Positions 48,528 to 62,260 of a stretch of DNA of 64,000 bases are shown in pieces. The DNA comes from Eledone cirrhosa (taxonomy: Eukaryota), in NCBI GenBank assembly GCA_964016885.1, contig OZ024742.1, positions 133,796,001 through 133,860,000 of the forward strand, read 5' to 3'. The notes beneath the pieces are model-generated. The model saw nothing but the letters and a program-made list of their open reading frames with translations. It had not been told where the DNA came from and made no database searches. Positions within the stretch are counted from its first letter, which is position 1. Every line of letters starts with the position of its first letter. The position numbers and the translations under genes were made by a program.

Positions 48528-49288
48528 TATATATAAAATTAAGTATGTGTGTGTGTGTCTGTATGTCTGTATATTACCTATAGAGGCCTACATCTTACGA
48601 CCGATTTTCATGAATCTTTACAGGCTCATAGCATCGTCACCGGGGAGTGTTTTCCATATATGAGCGTATCGTTGTTTTATTCCTGGGTCATTCTGCAGAT
48701 AAAAATCAATAGGGGGGGGGGCATCTTTTTTAGGTATCGAAAAATAAGATTTTTGGCTCTAGCTCCCAAATTTTGCCACATATTTCGTTCAAATTTTAAA
48801 GCAAAATAGAATTTATCATAGCACATCCACTACTCGCTATATATTTTGCATTTGTTGTACAGGGACGGCGTGGCAGTTGCTTAATCATTCAAAAATACCA
48901 CTTTTAGACTCAAATTTCCACTTTTTCGGCTCTACCTCTCACATTAATCAACCTACTAGATCTGATTATTTCACGTCTTTCGGATTTTTTTGGTTCAGGA
49001 ACAGCGTGGCAGCCACTTAAATATTCAAAGATACCACTTTTTCGCTAAAATGTCCGCCTTTTCGTCTGTATCGCCCACATTTTTCAACCGATTTCGTTCA
49101 AATTCGAAACTCCCTCGCCCAGCATGCCCCTTCGTCATTAATCCGCGTTTCTCAGTGATAGAGGTCATCACCACTTTCCCTCGCATGGTCATAGATGAGT
49201 TATCGAGAAGCAGTCGCAAAGATCAACACCTTTTTATCAAAGCAGATATTATTTAACCTACCCAGGCAACGCTGGGTACTGCTGCTAG
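48528..49288 (+). mobile_element. Non-autonomous Helitron
   Basis: 5' TATATAAAA..TGTCTGTATGTCTG..ACCGATTTTCATGAA; 3' hairpin CCCAGGCAACGCTGGG then CTAG|T; same termini style as 25682-26812. Confidence 0.75.
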
Positions 49289-49311
49289 TATATATATATA
49301 TATATATATAT

Positions 49312-49750
49312 ATTGGTAAACGGAATAGAAAATGCTGACAAATTGTTCACAGTTGAAAAATGGTTTAATTAGGAATAAAAGAGTATTAGTGATTGTATGG
49401 GTTAGTATTCAGTTGTGGTTTTATTTTTTTAAGTTTTTACTGGTTGCGCATTTCTAAATGCTTTTCAAAAATAATTTTGAGATAGAGTGTCCGTGCTGTT
49501 TGCTCTGATCTGATTAGTTTTGGGAATTCTACCTGTTTTTATGTTAAAAAAGTGGCTCCAATTTGCAAAAATTCTTGTGGTCAAAACAATTTTGATTGGT
49601 CGGTAGAGGTCATGTGAATGTAAAAAATTGATTTTGCGCCAAGACTGTTTTTATGTTAAAAAAGTGGCTCCAGCAAAAATTCTTGTAGTCAAAACAATTT
49701 TGATTGGTCGGTAGAGGTCATGTGAATAAAAAATTGGTTTTGCGCCAAGA
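49312..49750 (-). mobile_element. Second copy of the 46961-47510 family
   Basis: Reverse-complement homology; internal ~105-bp duplication of the GATTGG/CATGTG/GCGCCAA module. Confidence 0.75.
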
Positions 49751-49889
49751 TTGAGAAATGACTCTTTCACAACAAATGTGTGTGTGTGTGTGTGTGTGTA
49801 GTAGTAGTAGTAAGGTGTTCGATGTTGTGATAATGGTTAGCAGCGATGTGTGTCAAATGGCTATTAAGATAAGTGTGTGTGTGTGTGTG

Positions 49890-49925
<36 letters not shown>

Positions 49926-49929
<4 letters not shown>

Positions 49930-50121
49930 GCAGAGTAATTCGTGGTGGCAGGGATGGTCAGTAAGAATGTGTCTGAAAGCAATGGGGGGTATTTTAGCAT
50001 GTCAAAAGATATTTTTCAGCTTTTGTCTTATACGGAGAAGTGCGTGCGTGTGTGTGTGTGTATATATAAGTCTCTTTGTATGTTGATGTAAGTGTGTGTG
50101 TGTGTGGGGGTGGGGGGGGGC

Positions 50122-50152
<31 letters not shown>

Positions 50153-50309
50153 GCAGAGTAATTCGTGGTGGCAGGGATGGTCAGTAAGAATGTGTCTGGG
50201 GGGGTATTTTAGCATGTCAAAAGATATTTTTCAGCTTTTGTCTTATACGGAGAAGTGCGTGTGTGTGTGTGTGTGTGTGTATATATAAGTCTCTTTGTAT
50301 GTTGATGTA
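49926..50309. repeat. ~220-bp tandem duplication with embedded (TG)n
   Basis: TAGCAGAGTAATTCGTGGTGGCAGGG...TGTATGTTGATGTA occurs at about 49927 and 50150. Confidence 0.8.
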
Positions 50310-50500
50310 CGCGTGTGTATGTGTATATATGTGTGTGGGGGGGGGGGGGGGGAACTAGTATTTTTTCCCCCTGGTAAAATGGTGTACATTATTCGATTTT
50401 TTCAGTAAAATCGGTTCTCTTCATAGAACATCAAAAATCTTAACAATAAAAGGTGTGAAATGATATTCACTATATATATATACACATACATATATTCACT

Positions 50501-50565
<65 letters not shown>

Positions 50566-50719
50566 TACATATATATATGCACATATATTTTTTTGTGTTG
50601 CACCATAGAGCATGTGTGTTTACGTATGTCATTGTGTTTATATGTGGGTAGAGATGTGTGCTGATGTAGGTATGTATGTTGACGTGTGTATGTTATAGGT
50701 TCGTCTTAGGGAGAAGTGT

Positions 50720-52640
50720 TTAGACGGGGTCCGTATTTGTTAATGAAGTAAGATTCCTTGCTGAGGCGCTGGGTGTGGGTGGCATTATCTTTAAATTTGT
50801 AGAGGGGAAAGATTCTGAAGTTGGGATGATTTTGGGCGGCACAGGTATCAATGTGTTCACTCTGGTATTTTCCTGTATTCCCGTATTTTGATTTTGGAGC
50901 TATGGACAGTCATGCGTTGGCGGAGGCTGTTTTTGGTCTGGCCTATGTATTGTTCTCGACAACCTGAACAAGTTAATACATATATTAGATTTTCCGATGC
51001 ACATGTGAAATTGTGTTTTACTATAAAACGTTGTCCATCTTTGAAATAGAATTCCGAACCCTCTATTAGGTTGACGCAAATGCCACAGTTGGGTCTATCG
51101 CAATTTTTCACTGTGGGTTTCGTTGTTGTGGTTGGCAGTACTTTGGCATGTGTTAAGATGTTTTTCATTGATTTGGATTGTCTTTTGCTCTTTATGATAT
51201 CGTGTGTTCGTAGAATTTGGTTCATTCTATGGTCCTTTTTCAATACAGGTATGTTCTGGAGGATGGTGTCAAGGGCCTCATTGTTGAGGGGGTTGTGTGT
51301 GGAGATGTATGGAAGAGCTTTTAGTTTTGGTTGATTTACTTTAGGGTCTCTGAGGTCCTGGGTACTGAGTTTTAGGGCACGTTGGATTCCATTGTCAATT
51401 AGTGATGCAGGGTAGTCCCTGCCTATGAGTGTGTCCTTTAGTTCTTGTAGCCGTAAGTAGCAGATGTGTTTATTGGAGACTATAGTACAGATTCTCTTGG
51501 CTAAGTTGTAGGGAATATTAATTTTAACGTGTCTAGGGTGGCAGGAGTTGAAGGGGAGATATTGCTTGGAGTCTGTGGGCTTGTAGTATATGTCTGTTTC
51601 TATTTTTTTGTTATGGATCTTAATGAGGATGTCGAGGAAGGGGAGTTGTTGATGGCTGTATTCCATCGTGAAGTTAATATTTGTGTTGAGCCCATTTATA
51701 AGGGTGTGAAATTCTTTAAGTTTTTCGATGTTTTCGTGCCAAAGGATGAAGCAGTCATCTAGATATCGCTTCCAGTTCCTTTCAATGTGTAAGTGGAGGG
51801 TGTTTCCAAATTTGTTTAGGACTTTAGTGTGGAGGGTGATTTCCAGGTATCCCATGACTAGGTTGGCATAAGTGGGGGCTGTTTTCGTTCCCATAGCGGT
51901 TCCAGATTTCTGCATGTAGGGTTTGTTATTGAAAACGAAGTAATTGTTCTCCGAGATAAATTTGAGTCCCTCTATCACGAATTCTTTTTTGATGCGTTGT
52001 GGGAGTTCATTGTGGAAATTATCCAGCCAGAATTGGATAGCTTCTATTCCTAGGTTGTGGGGGATGTTGGAGTATAAGTTGACTACATCGAACGTCACTA
52101 GTAGAGTTTGTTCAGAAAGTGGCATATTAGGGAGGTGATTGAGCATATCTAGGTCGTCCCTTATATAGCTTTTGATGTGCTTGAGGAAGGGTTTGAGAAG
52201 GGTATCAATGAAGTTGCTAAGACGATGCGTTTCGCAAGCGGGGCCTGCTATTATAGGTCTTAATTTGAGATCATTGGGTGAGGGGACATTGATGACTATG
52301 TCTGTGGCTTCCTTGCATGCCTTACTTATTGATTCGCTTTTATGTACTTTAGGGATACCGTAGAAAAGGCTGGATTTACTTGTGAAGTCTGTGATGAAGC
52401 TGAATTCCTTGTTAGTGAGTCATTCTTTGTATTGGTTGATTAGAGTTTTTAGGTTTCTCATAATTTTCTGTTGATTGTAGTGTTCAGCCTTTTCGTAGTA
52501 TGTTTCGTTTTCCAAAGTGGAGAGCGCTAAGTTGATATAGAATTCTGTCTCCATTAGTACTACTGTACTCCCTTTATCAGCCTCTTTAATTGTAATGGTT
52601 CTGTCGGTTTTTAATCTATTTAATTCTTCCCATTCTTTCT
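50720..52640 (-). pseudogene. Neptune-like PLE RT + GIY-YIG, 5'-truncated (one in-frame TGA at 52420-52422, frameshift near the C-terminus)
   Basis: EADKG, FYGIPKVHK, LRPIIAG, FDVVNLYSNIP, GTAMGT, RYLDD, FLDI, SCHP, Cx4CxxC linker, LIYVLTCSGCREQYIGQT..R..H, HIDTC..FRIFPLYK..KE..FI..LN. Confidence 0.9.
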
Positions 52641-53229
52641 TTAACAAGGAATTCAGCTTCATCACAGACTTCTGTTCACAATAGTGTCTGCAGTTCTGTT
52701 CACATGCCAACACAAGAGCAAGAATGAAGGGTTCATTCTACTGACATGGCTATACCATTGAGGCTTGTTTGTGGAATTGCAAACGAATCGAATGTTATTA
52801 TTCATATTCGAAAAACTCAGATTACATTTATTGTATTCAGCCATGTAATGCGAACAATTTCTTATTTATTTGAATTTGGCAAAGCCGGCCATTTATCGCT
52901 CGTATACAGGAAACTGTATATTATTATTCATATTCGAAAAACTCAGATTACATTTATTGTTTTCAGCCATGCATAGCGAAAATTTCCTTTATATTTATAT
53001 ATATCCGTCACATAGTCACTCTATCTATCTTTCTCGTTCTGTCTATATATATATATATGGTAGTTGAAGTGGTGGTGGTGGTGGTGATGGCAATATACCG
53101 GAAGTGGTAACATTTGAAACTTGTAAAAGAAGTGAATCTTGAAATGAGCAATAACATAATTCATGCTTAATCAAGAATAATGAAATTTAGTACATATATA
53201 AAATAATATTAATTCATTATTTATTTATG

Positions 53230-53445
53230 AGGGCGATGGATTGGCAGTATATGTAGAGGGTCGGACGCCATGTTTTGCAGCACAGTTACGTCCCTTACGG
53301 ACTGAGTTCAAATCCAGCCGAGGTTAACTTTGCCTTTCATCCTTATGGGGTTGAGAAAATAAAGTACCAGTCACGCACTGGTGTCGATTTAATCGACTTT
53401 CCCCTCCCCCAAAATTGCTGGCCTTGTGCCTATATAAGAAATCAT
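53230..53445 (+). mobile_element. tRNA-derived SINE
   Basis: TTGGCAGTA..GAGTTCAAATCC..CTTTGCCTTTCATCCTTATGGGG..GGCCTTGTGCC. Confidence 0.85.
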
Positions 53446-53469
53446 TATTATTGTTGTTGTAAAGGGCAG

Positions 53470-53646
53470 TCTTTTGGCAGTATCGGTAGAGGGTCGGACA
53501 CCTTGCTTTGTAGCATAGCGTTGCGTCCCTTTACAGTCTGAGTTCAAATCAGCTGCGGTTAACTTTACCTTTGATCCTTACGGGGTCGATAAAATAAAGC
53601 ACCAGTAATACCCAAGGATAATTGCTGTCCTTGTGCCAAAAGTAGA
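53470..53646 (+). mobile_element. tRNA-derived SINE, adjacent copy
   Basis: Same head, B-box and core as 53230-53445. Confidence 0.85.
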
Positions 53647-55011
53647 TTACGTGATGATGATGATGATCCTGTAGATGATTGTAGTGGTGATGTCTTCGAT
53701 GTATAAGTGTTTGCTAAACAATTTCATGAAAACAAGGATGATTACATTCTCTGAAAAGAAGAGTAAAACGTTATGAAGAGTGTTTGTTAAATGAATGAGC
53801 TTGTCATGATAAATACGTGCTTGACTAACACTAACATGTTTAATGATCTGGATTGTCAATGGATTTGTCGTCGCAGGTAAGAGTCATTGTTTCAGAATAC
53901 AGTAGATTCATTAATGTGCATCAAATATCAAATATTTTCCTCGATATAACTTGAAACTTATTCAATACTTGATTATGGATGAGTTGACATAATGTCACCT
54001 TTTGTCTTTAAACACTCAAAATATTTACACATATTTGGCAATGTACCTAAATGCATTGAAGAACGTGCAGCAATATCTCATACAGCTCGGATTCGGACAA
54101 AAGTTTCTGGATATATGTTGACAATTGATCCGCATTAATTTGTGAACGATTACTGAATATTTTACATTCTTTATATGGTTAGATAAATGATATACAACAC
54201 ACAAACTAGTCAATATATAATAGTTACCGAAATGAAGCCCATAATTTGTCTACATTTAAACAGGTCTAGGAAATACTCTGTTAACTTAAACAATATTATT
54301 TCTTGTAGATGTCGGGCTTTATAAAGCCAGTCTAATATCACAGATGTTGCAGCTGCAAATATTCAGTTATTTTCCTGGTTAAATTACCTTAGAAATCTAT
54401 TTCATTTGACCTTAGAAATCTATTTAATTAGAATAGAGGCGGTCATAAATTCAGAGATAGGGATTCGGCTCCTTGTTTTGCATGTTGAGCATCCTTATAC
54501 TCGATTCCTAATCGTTTTGATATTTTTATTGTTAATTGCCTTATAATGTCTCATAATTATTTAATATAGTGATATGCTGTTTTTAAGATATAGAAACGGA
54601 ATGAAGCAGGAACCCATCACAATATGCGGGAATGAGTAAAAAAGATGACTAAAATCTGAATATCAAATTATTTTGAATTAAATAAATTAGCGGATTGATT
54701 GCAACACTATTAGCATGACGTTTACAACTATATTATTTATGCATCCACATTAATTTCTTTATCTTACACTTAATAAAATAAATACTTCTGTTACGCACAC
54801 AGCAGCCACTATTAATAAATAGCAATATTGCACTATAGATATTATTGATCTAACCTACATTCAATTAATATTGAATATTGAATATATTAAAAATATATTA
54901 ATATAAACAAAACTATTTCCGTTACCAATCCAATTAACCCATACACAATGAAATTGAGTATGATACACCCCAATATTGCCGCTGCCAAGATACATGTATA
55001 TTTAACTAAAT

Positions 55012-55331
55012 CAGCGGCATAGAATATGTGGCCTGCGGGGCACAATCCGGCCCGCCAGACCAGTCAGAGTGGCCCGCGATGACCGTTTATAATGTTTACG
55101 TTGCGGGCTCATTTATAATTTTTTTTCGTAACCGTAATGCAATTTCTTGTTAGTAGACCTATACTAAAGGGATACACTGATAGGGCTCTGTGTGTTATAC
55201 TTTCCTAGTTCCATGTTATGGAAAGAGGTTGTGGTGAATCTTTGGAATAGTCGTTAATAAATATTGATGACCCTAATAGTTGTTCCAATGTTGAAAAGTG
55301 GCCCGCCAATGGAATAGGTTGCACACCCCTG
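55012..55331. mobile_element. hAT (Charlie-like) MITE
   Basis: Termini CAGCGG../..CCCCTG; repeated GGCCCG subterminal motifs; 8-bp TSD-like AACTAAAT (55004) / AACTAGAT (55332). Confidence 0.75.
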
Positions 55332-55529
55332 AACTAGATGTACGGTATAATTCAGCATGTTATGGTCGTACAACTCCAGATGGTGTCGGAAGGGGCGCCG
55401 CAGTGACATACGGCATTTCCTGGGCATTTTAGGCTTAGCGAGCCCACCCCAATCCAGGTCTGAAAACAAGATTTCTCCAAGGAAGGATAGAAAGAGAGAT
55501 GTAAGAAGTAAGAAACAAATATGAAGGAT

Positions 55530-55650
55530 TTTATCATCGAGCTCAACATGATGAATGGCAAAGTTGACTTCAGTGAAATTTGAACTCAAAGACCAGAGTG
55601 TCGGAACGAATACCGCCAACCATTCTAACGGTTCTTCCAATTTGTTGCCT
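55530..55650 (-). mobile_element. SINE fragment
   Basis: ATGAATGGCAAAGTTGACTTCAGTGAAATTTGAACTCA. Confidence 0.6.
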
Positions 55651-57532
55651 TAACCATTTGTATCAATTTTTAAATCTCCACACCTTTCGGAAAATTTGAC
55701 TATCAGCCAATGACTATTGAACCGCAAAAGGTTCTCTTCTGAGATCCACAATTACGTAAAATCCAACAACTAGTGGAGCTCGGCACGGCTCAGTTAGAAT
55801 ACTAAATGAAAATATGTGGAAAGCAGAGGTTATTGCATGCAGAAGAATCCTAGACAACATCCAGGAATGAATTACTTGGTAAATAGCATTAATATTATAT
55901 CATAACCCTCCCAAATTTCACTAGTAAGCACTTCCGAATAACTTTCCTACTTTGTCTCAACACACAGTTTGTTTCCAAAGAAACACGCTCCATAGAAATC
56001 ACAAAGTTCATGCAACACATTAAACAGAACATCCACGAGCATATCTCTGTCTATGTCCTTGTGTGTTTATGTATATGTTTGCACATGTATGTGTGTTTGG
56101 GTTTACATATATGCGTGCGTTAGTGTGTGTGTATGTGTGTGTTATAGCTTAGCGTACCGGAATCGCTACACGACGTTTCTTCCCGAAGAACTACAGAAAC
56201 AGTGCAGGAACGAGAAGTTTTGAGCGTCGTTTCACACACATTTAACCTTCAATGTAAGCATAGCTGATTATTTGTATGAACGTGTTTATGATATGGATGT
56301 GTGACTATAGATATAAAACTTAAATAATATTCATATTTTTAATAATCATATCAATCTTTCATAGGCACACCCCACAGGCATATATAAGTTAATATGCGTA
56401 TACTCACACATAAAATAGAATAATATAATGTACGTATACAAGAACGAGGAAGTTTGAAGGCTATGTATGTAATTACATTCATATGTGAAACCGTATGTGC
56501 AATCTTATGTGCAGTGAATGCTAATGTGGTATTATCAAGTAGAATCTTACATGCCGCTGCATGAAATACTATATGTATTAATGTCATTATTATTCAATAC
56601 AATTGAGTCGCTTATATATTCATGCGAACGAATGCTGGCTGAGGGAACGCTCTAAGAGAGCAATTAAGAATGTCTTTGACTGCTAATTCATTCTGTAATG
56701 CAGAAAAAATGTCCAAGTCCCTATCAGATTTTTCGAATCATAAATACAATATAACATAAATAATAGTTTTCATAAAAACACAGCGGATTCATTGAAAAAT
56801 GATGTAGAATGAGCAAAGACATATCGGAATAGATAAAAGAAAGAACGATAATCAAAAGAGAATGAATGGGGAATTTAAGAATTAAAGAAGGTATGACTAT
56901 ATATTCAAACAAATAAAAATCCGCATTTTTATAGTAAACAGAATGAATAGGAAGGCCCATCATCTAGAGGTTAGGCTGATAGACGAAAGATCATAACATT
57001 GTAAGTTCTATTTCTGGAGTTGTCGTCGATTTATGTTCTTGAGTTTTCTTTTACGAGGTTTTCATAGAACTGCGTTTCCGATAGATGAAACGCCCCTGGG
57101 TATTCTTCTGATATGAAATCTCCTATGAATTCTACAAAAGCTCCATAGATCTGACATGTAACGTATGTTTATTGTTTCAAACATATTAAACGTACAATGG
57201 TAAATGTAAACATAGGCAAAATTGCACAAGAGTCTAGCTTAATCTTGCTTCAGCAAAGACAAGGAGATATGTAATCATGAAAACCACTAATAAGTGAGAA
57301 ACGGTGGTTACACCGATTACTCTCTCCTACATTTGCTGACCCTTAAAATTCATAGCGAAAATCCTTCCAAATGTTTTTCATGAACATCACGTATATTATT
57401 AAGCATACAATACGTACATACATATACATATATAAAATTTGAATCTTATTCCTCGCCCTAGCACAGCTGATATATGTAAGTATGCATACGTACACACACA
57501 GATACACACACGCAGACACAAACACGCAGACA

Positions 57533-57629
<97 letters not shown>

Positions 57630-57678
57630 TTATGAAAATAAACCAAAGAAGCCTTCAATACATCAAAAGTCTTTATTA

Positions 57679-57716
57679 GCCAACAATGTTTCGTCCTATT
57701 AAGGACTCATCAGGGC
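57679..57716 (-). ncRNA. Minimal type I hammerhead ribozyme
   Basis: gcc CTGATGA gtcc ttaata ggac GAAA cattg TT ggc; canonical G-C closing stem II. Confidence 0.75.
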
Positions 57717-58042
57717 AAGAAAGCTATAAGAAGCACTATCGGCCAATACAAGCCAAAAACTCAGAAGAATATGGAGTATACATACATTAAAGCATAGGAC
57801 GATTATCAAGTAAAAATTATCAAGTAAAAATTGCTAAGGAAGTGAATAACATTTTGAACCATATTACAAATATAGTACAATGCAAAAACTAAAGCTAAAC
57901 ACAAGTGGTGATATAAAGCGAGAATTACAGTACTATATATAATACAATATAATATAATATAATATAATATAATTGATATAATTGATAATGATAATAATAA
58001 TAATATTAAAAGGTCCAATATACATATATATATATATACATA

Positions 58043-58131
<89 letters not shown>

Positions 58132-58869
58132 ATACACATATCCATCAATACAAACACAAACTAACACTTATTAAGAGTTTAAATATAAATAAATAAAAAT
58201 AAAAATAAAAATAAAAATATAATACATATATTATTTACAGTATAAAATGATAAAGAAATGAGTAAAAGTAAACATATAATATATAATATACTATATAATT
58301 ATATAATTAATAATCTCCGGTCAATTTGCACAAACAATATAAATATTACAATAACACTATAATAACAATATTATAATATATTGGCATATAACTTAACAAA
58401 TCATATAAAGTTACACACAGGGTGAGAAAAAAATATCATACAGAACTAAATTGTGTTGAAAAAATTATGCTGGAAAAATATATATACCGTTGTAAGAAAA
58501 CAGACGGAGGTCAAGTTTTTATACAATTGGTATAAATAAATATTATCTAAACATTTTAAAAATTATAAAAATATAAACATATTACAGAATTTACAAAATT
58601 TAACATAAGGGTACATCGAATAATCGGTAAATATTTAAGATCAATAGTACGATTACATAGAGTGATATGATATGTAGTTTCTGTCTGGTTCTTATTCACT
58701 TATTTACATATGTGTGTCTACCAACTATGTTCATTATTTGATATTGAAGTTGTTATATCATGTATATACATAATATGCTCATGCTGACTCACATATATAA
58801 TAGTATATATATATATATATATATAACTTAAAACAATGAAATAAAAAAATCAAGTCATTAGAAATATAC

Positions 58870-59010
58870 TTCACTGCCTTACGATCGTTTCTAGGTGATG
58901 ATAATACATCGTAACTATACTTCGATATCGATCTATGTAAGGTTAGTTAAACATATCAGATAAAGAGAATATTTACTTACATTCATATAAACAGCTGTTG
59001 TCAAAATGCC
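58870..59010 (-). mobile_element. Decayed homolog of the long-stem-II HHR at 13781-13922
   Basis: CCTAGAAACGATCGTAA and TACATAGATC are shared; 5' core is degenerate (TTGACAACAGC vs CTGAAGACAGC). Confidence 0.5.
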
Positions 59011-59073
59011 GACTAGACCCCACAACTTACCGTGGATATCTCTGTATATATACATACATATATATATATAGTT

Positions 59074-59221
<148 letters not shown>

Positions 59222-60454
59222 TCGCATGAACGATCACATGTAGCGAGGAACATTGTGTTGTGGCTAGCTCAATCGTTTATTCAAAGGATTATATTTAGTC
59301 TACCAAATCTATTGAATACGTTTCTTCGTGTATATCCAAACATATTTATGTTTTATTAATTTATATTATATATAAGCAACGCACATACCGTATATAATGC
59401 GCATAGGGAGAAAAAGTGAAATGGATAAGAATTGGAATTACAAAGAGAGAGGTAGCTTTTTAAAGGGTTATTGATTATATTGACATAACATTAGATGGTC
59501 TCTCTTCTGTCGTAGCTATGACGTCAGAGTGATTCAGGGAAGGAAAAAACAAACATTAGAGAAAGTGAATCAATTATATATAAGCATAATATAATCTCTA
59601 TGGGCAGAAGAACAAAGCCAATTTGTTAAGCTGGGGGATTGCATCCCCACTAGCAACAAATCCACATTCATAATCATAATAATCATTACCCGTCCTTCTA
59701 TTCCTTTCCATTTACCTCAACATCATAATCACCATCATGGTATTCAGTGCCTTCAGAATGTTTGCATATTATGCGCTGTTTTCACTTTTCGTAATAGTTT
59801 TTTGAAATTACATAGATAAAATAGAGTAGGCTGGCATATATATGTGTGTGTGGGGCGGGGGGGGGGGGGGGGTACGCGCATGCGTGTGTGTGTGTGTGTG
59901 TGAGTGTTGAAGTATATCATGCGTATGCATACGTACATTGATGTAAGAAGCTCTGAAAATAAGGGAATAAACATACATAGAAATAATAAATTCCGATTTC
60001 TAATTTCTATCAAATGGGTTAGATTTACATCATCACCATCTCCTATTTATTATTTTGTTTCAGTTTAAATTATTAGAGCTAGTGTAAGGTTCTACCAGAG
60101 ACTATTTTTACACTCTGATTGACCAGGGTATCTGTAAGAAAATATAATCAATAATTACATGTATTACTCAAAAGTTTAACATATGCGTTCTGCTCCTAGC
60201 ATTACATTTTATTGGAAATGTTTCGTTTTAAACCAAACGTGCTGATACATTTAGCAATCTTGTTGGCCAGCCAATATTCTTTTATTATAGCGTCTTCACC
60301 ATGTGCATTCACATTCTCTTGTGAATCAATGTTGGTTAGTCGTTTCTAATGCGTTTGGGAAGACACATTTCTACAGATGAAGTGTTGGTTTGTATTAATG
60401 GTGCCATTTATTTTGTATTTAACACCTTTTCTCTTACACCCTGAAAGAGCTGAA

Positions 60455-60625
60455 TAGAGGTAGAGGGTCGAACGCCATGCATTGCATCATATAGTTACGG
60501 CCATTTACGTTATGTGGTTAAATCCCGCCGAGATTAACTTTTGCCTTTCTACCTTACGGGATCGATAAAATAAAGTGTCCGTAATGCACTGTGTCAGAAT
60601 TGTGTCAGAAGTAGAAACAATTATT
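60455..60625 (+). mobile_element. tRNA-derived SINE
   Basis: AAATCCCGCCGAGATTAACTTTTGCCTTTCTACCTTACGGGATCGATAAAATAAAG. Confidence 0.75.
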
Positions 60626-60657
60626 TCCGATTTCCTCTGTCAACGGTCCTATATACG

Positions 60658-60696
<39 letters not shown>

Positions 60697-60749
60697 ATAT
60701 GTGCATACGTGTTCGTATATATATACATATCTATATAAAGAATCCATCT

Positions 60750-60834
<85 letters not shown>

Positions 60835-60934
60835 TGAGAGAGAAAGACATACACATACTAGTTTACTAAATTTTATGTATGTAGTTTCACAGAAACTTTT
60901 CTTCAACAAAATATGACATTCCATAGGTAGCAAG

Positions 60935-61095
60935 TTAGAAACCCGCATCCTAAAAGCATCACTCTAAACAATCATATAGGAGAATGCGGAGGCAAAATGC
61001 TACCAGACTTTGATGTGTTCCCATTGTACAAATATTATTATGAAATCACATAAAAAGAAAATGATTATTAGAAAATTCAAACCAAGTTTGAAAAC
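60935..61095 (+). pseudogene. Neptune-like GIY-YIG C-terminal relic
   Basis: LNNHIGECGGKMLPDFDVFPLYKY..KE..IIRKFKPSL parallels EHIDTCAAQNHPNFRIFPLYKF..KESYFINKYGPRLN at about 50720-50860. Confidence 0.6.
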
Positions 61096-62077
61096 ACAAC
61101 ATAATTTTTTTTCAACACTAAAGGAAAGTAGAATTAGACCCCTTGTCATAGATTAAGAAAAAATTATACACATATGCGAGAACAAAAATTTCAGTTGTAT
61201 TCTTTATTTTAACGAAAACAAAAAAAAAAAAAAACAATTTAACCAAATAAGAAATCTTTTGAAGATCCTGAACGGAGAAAGCAAGCTTCACCAAAATTGA
61301 TTTTCTGTATATTTGATAAAGATGCGTTTTCGAACCCTTTCCATGGCTTTTTCGATTGTTTTTTTACCTGTTCCCAAGTCTATTTAGAATTCGTATTCTA
61401 AAGACTTAGTCATGCGCCTTATTTTTAACTATCATATAACACCACTCGGTTTGTCTTTCACTATTCTTCTTTCTTACCTTTACTATGCATCTGTTTCATT
61501 CTGATTGTGTCTGCACGCTGAACTACAGTCCATATTACTCTTTTGTGGTCTAGTGTTTCTCACCTTTCTATATTTTCTCTCCTCTTCCTAAGATCTTGCC
61601 CACTTTTCTCTCGCTTCTTTGACAGTTGACGCACTTGCGATGCTCTTTCGTCGATATTTTTATAATTCACCTTAACTCACAACATATATTTGTAAATTGT
61701 ACATTTCTGCCAAATGTGCTTTTTCTATTTTGGTTTTGTTACAAGAATTACCTCCTGGATATGTAATATGAAATCACTATATATACACAAGACAAGCACG
61801 TATACACAACGTCATAATTAGATAGATACATGCAAAAATGTGTAAACAAATATATAAAATAATATTACCATGTGATATCTACATACGCGCTCAGAGGGTT
61901 CCCAAAATAGCTAAAGCTTTCTTACCATCAAACAAACGTATAATCGCACTTGACTATGTACTCTATCCATCAAGGTTGCTTAAATATTCATCACGCGTGT
62001 CTAAGAACATCAGCTTCAACATAGAAGTAAACGAAAACAACGTAGCCACTCGACTACTGTGATGCAATTCATTGGTG

Positions 62078-62260
62078 TATTGGCAGTATCGGTAGATGGT
62101 CGGACGCCATGCTTTCCAGCATAGTTACGTCCTTTTCCATTCTGTGTTCAAATCCCGCCGAGGTTAACTTTGTCTTTCATCCTTACGGGGTCGATAAAAC
62201 AAAGTACCAGTAATACAATGGGTAATTGATGGCCTTGTGCCAAAAGTAGATACAATTATT
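62078..62260 (+). mobile_element. tRNA-derived SINE, full length
   Basis: TTGGCAGTATCGGTAGA..GTTCAAATCCCGCCGAGGTTAACTTTG..GGCCTTGTGCC. Confidence 0.88.

Noticed and set aside
52420-52422. In-frame TGA in the Neptune-like ORF as possible selenocysteine or readthrough
   Set aside because: The copy is truncated and also frameshifted, the site is not a recognisably conserved Cys, and I identified no SECIS; a nonsense mutation is simpler
56165-56196. GAAACGTC with a small hairpin (also at about 44965 and 12200)
   Set aside because: CUGANGA core and stem I are absent; at most relics
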